From Chara braunii (lineage: Eukaryota; Plantae; Charophyceae): a stretch of 64,000 bases of DNA. The number at the start of each line of letters is the position of its first letter. Position 1 is the first letter of the stretch. The notes under the pieces were generated by a model, which saw only the letters and a list, made by a program, of their open reading frames with translations, searched no databases and was not told the DNA's origin. The stretch lies in contig BFEA01000020.1 in the NCBI GenBank assembly GCA_003427395.1, forward strand, positions 449,645 to 513,644, read 5' to 3'. Of the stretch, positions 61,550 through 64,000 are shown piece by piece. Made by a program: the position numbers and the translations under genes.

Positions 61550-64000
61550 GGTGAGAGATATATCGGGTAGTGATCNTGTTTCATATCGNTANTGACCAGA
61601 GGTGTGAAAATAATAATAATAATAAATAAATAATAGTAATGGTAACAAGTGTTGGACGGGGAGGTGACAAACTATGAGAGAGTTGAATAGGTAGGGGAGT
61701 ATTAGAGGGGGATTGCATGTATCTAGACCCAAGCTTCGACAGCAGCCAGCAAAGGGGTAGCTAGATCAAGCAGGAATCTAACAGACTAGAACTCTTGAGC
61801 CCTCTATTGCAGTACGGAGGGGATGGAATAGCTGCAATCTGATTTTAGTATTATTAGGGTTGCTGCCGCGACATGATTAAAACTCTATAGGTTGCTGTTA
61901 AATACCGGCCACAGCAACAACTATCCTGATATCTGGATATTTGAGTAGCACCGTGAACAGCCAGTTGTGTTGCTATGTCACCAGCTGGGCTGCCGGTATG
62001 AAAATTTGATTTTGGTTGTTGTAGAGCTAAGTATCACTAAAAGAAGTCATCATGCCCAGGCTACACTACTGTTATCCTGCCCCAAGGACACAATGTGGTT
62101 ACCCTCAGAGTTGTTGTTAGTATTGTCACTTTGCCTTGTTAATAAGTGCAGATGCTGAGCACCACGGTGCGCTGCTGTTTCTGCTATAGCTTATGGCCTC
62201 CCTGTTGATTGGGACACAGACGTTTTGACTAAGGCGGAAGGCTGATACCCGCGGACGCAGGGAGTGCAGTTCCTCTTTTTATTTTTTATTTTTTTATTTT
62301 TTATTTGCAGTAAAATACTGATGTTCCAGAAGTAAACTATCGTGATACCATTGTACTATTTAGGCATGCGGGCACTTGAGTGCATCACGTCCTCGTGGAA
62401 GACTACAAAGTGAGGACTGAAACTTATATAAAAAGCAGGGGCGGTAGCTACTCAGTTTGTACCAGCATTGCTAGGCCAGGCCACAGCCTGGGGTTGCTGT
62501 TACCAAACGTCACCACTAGGTGTCAGAGATGCTGCAAGGAAGGTCGTGACAGACGGTGGCTAGTGCTAGGAGCCAGTACTACAACGAAACTTTAGATGTG
62601 TGGCTTTTGCTGCTAAATGTCGGGTCCGGCTGTTTGAAGCTGCGTCAGGGCGGTGGCTGCTGATGCCGTACTTTGCTATGAATATACTAGGTGGCCACTG
62701 TTATGAGGAGACTATAAGCATTGTACAGCTGTTCAAACAGGGCTTCGGATGCTGAAGCAGCAGTCCTGCTGGGTTTGTTATAGCTACCACCACTACAACG
62801 GGATCAGGCTGCCACTGCACTGGGACTGAAGAGTTGCTGCTGTACCGAGCTGCCCGTTGTGCCTTGCCATAGCAGACTACTGTGCAGGGTGATTGTCTGT
62901 TGACGGGCTCGCTAATGTGCAGAGCCCCACCCCTATTGCTTCACTACAAATCTGAGCGTTATTCCTCATTACGTAAAGCTGCAACATAGGCTTAAGTGAG
63001 GATACTCGGAGTGGAGGGAGTGAGTAAGGCAACTGGAGGGGTTTTCAAGAGACTGCGGGCTGTTCACCAACTATTACTGCTGCTACAGGCGGGGGGTAAC
63101 TGGTGTTACAAGTTCTGAACCAGGTTGCCATAGCACACACAGACCGTAAGTGGCTGCACTTTTGAGGACTGCTGAATACTCGTTGCCCTGCTGAATGTTG
63201 CTAGGGCCTGCTGTGTATGGCTGCGGACTTGAGGAGATGAGCAGGTTGCGCACACGGTGGTTATCACAGAGACTTAGGGGCCANTTTTGAAGGCAAGCAC
63301 CNTCNTTTGCTGTGGGTGACTGGTGTGCGCTCNGCCTAATGCTGTTGCTACGGTAACTATACCAGTACCTCCGAGAAGCCACACCCACAGGCTGTGTATT
63401 GATAGGCGTTATCAGGTTGTTGCAGCAGGGTACTGTGCAGATCCTCATTGCGGCGGGGCTGCTGCTGCTAGTACCTACTGCTGGTTATTACGGACTGTGG
63501 GAGACTCCTGCGGCCTTCTGTATCTGCTGTGTACGGCTGTGGATACTGCGGACTGGGCACGGACTGTGGCTGCTGCTGACTAGTGGCTGTGACTATTGGC
63601 ATAACTTATTGCTGCTACAGTGCATCACGACTGCACCAGGCTGTTACAGCCCGTAGCCGAATAGAGCACGGGGGGGTGTGCCCTATTCAAAGAACGACCT
63701 TTTCTGGGCTAAGTAACTGCAGTTTTGAGCACGGTAACTTGGAGGGAGGAGTCAGACTCTGCAAAGGGGTTGCTACTGCGACGTGGAGGATTGTCAGGGG
63801 GGCTGACATTCTGCATTTTGCTATGGATTGAGAGGTTCTATTGCGTTCCTGGCTGCCATTGCGGGGCCCTCAGGCGCATCAAGATTTCAAGGCCCTCTCA
63901 TTGTAAGTTGAGTTGTACCTCTCCTGGATCTCGAGAGTCTGATCTACCTACATCTGTCCTTCTTAATCTCAGTCTGATCTATTGGTGACGAGAGGAAGGC
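61550..64000 (+). mobile_element. Gypsy element D: LTR region of the same family in + orientation, running off the window (left boundary uncertain)
   Basis: 63850-64000 (ggctgccattgcggggccctcaggcg...gagaggaaggc) is homologous to the reverse complement of 51177-51325; the upstream gctgct/tactg-rich tract resembles the reverse complement of 36100-36380. Confidence 0.7.

Overview
Eukaryotic, repeat-rich genomic DNA. The microsatellite density, long introns and Ty3/Gypsy lineage suggest a charophyte alga such as Chara, but that is an inference. The left ~12 kb holds the 5' part of a minus-strand SEC16-like (COPII scaffold) gene: a very large Gly-rich first coding exon plus two recognisable downstream exons. 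Its introns carry a 5'-truncated LINE with poly(A) and target-site duplication (TSD), small MITEs and microsatellites. The rest is mostly nested, decayed Ty3/Gypsy-type LTR retrotransposons, with at least six related segments on both strands and one gag-pol containing a tandemly triplicated RT block. There are also small DNA-transposon-like insertions and relics of U6 snRNA, tRNA and 18S rRNA. The most striking unexplained structure lies in the ~4 kb non-coding region upstream of gag in three diverged retroelement copies (28.7-29.4 kb, 34.7-35.4 kb, 49.9-50.8 kb). Each has an array of 7-11 stem-loops built as variable outer stem, internal loop, 3-bp inner stem and conserved hexaloop (AACTTA on +, UAAGUU on the element sense strand). 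Compensatory base changes are clear, and the inner stem has switched in concert in each copy while the spacers remain unique and orthologous. Next to each array is a second array of ~120-bp long-hairpin repeats, several with cUACGg tetraloops. This looks like a multivalent structured-RNA module of a retrotransposon family. LTR boundaries and PBS could not be fixed by eye.
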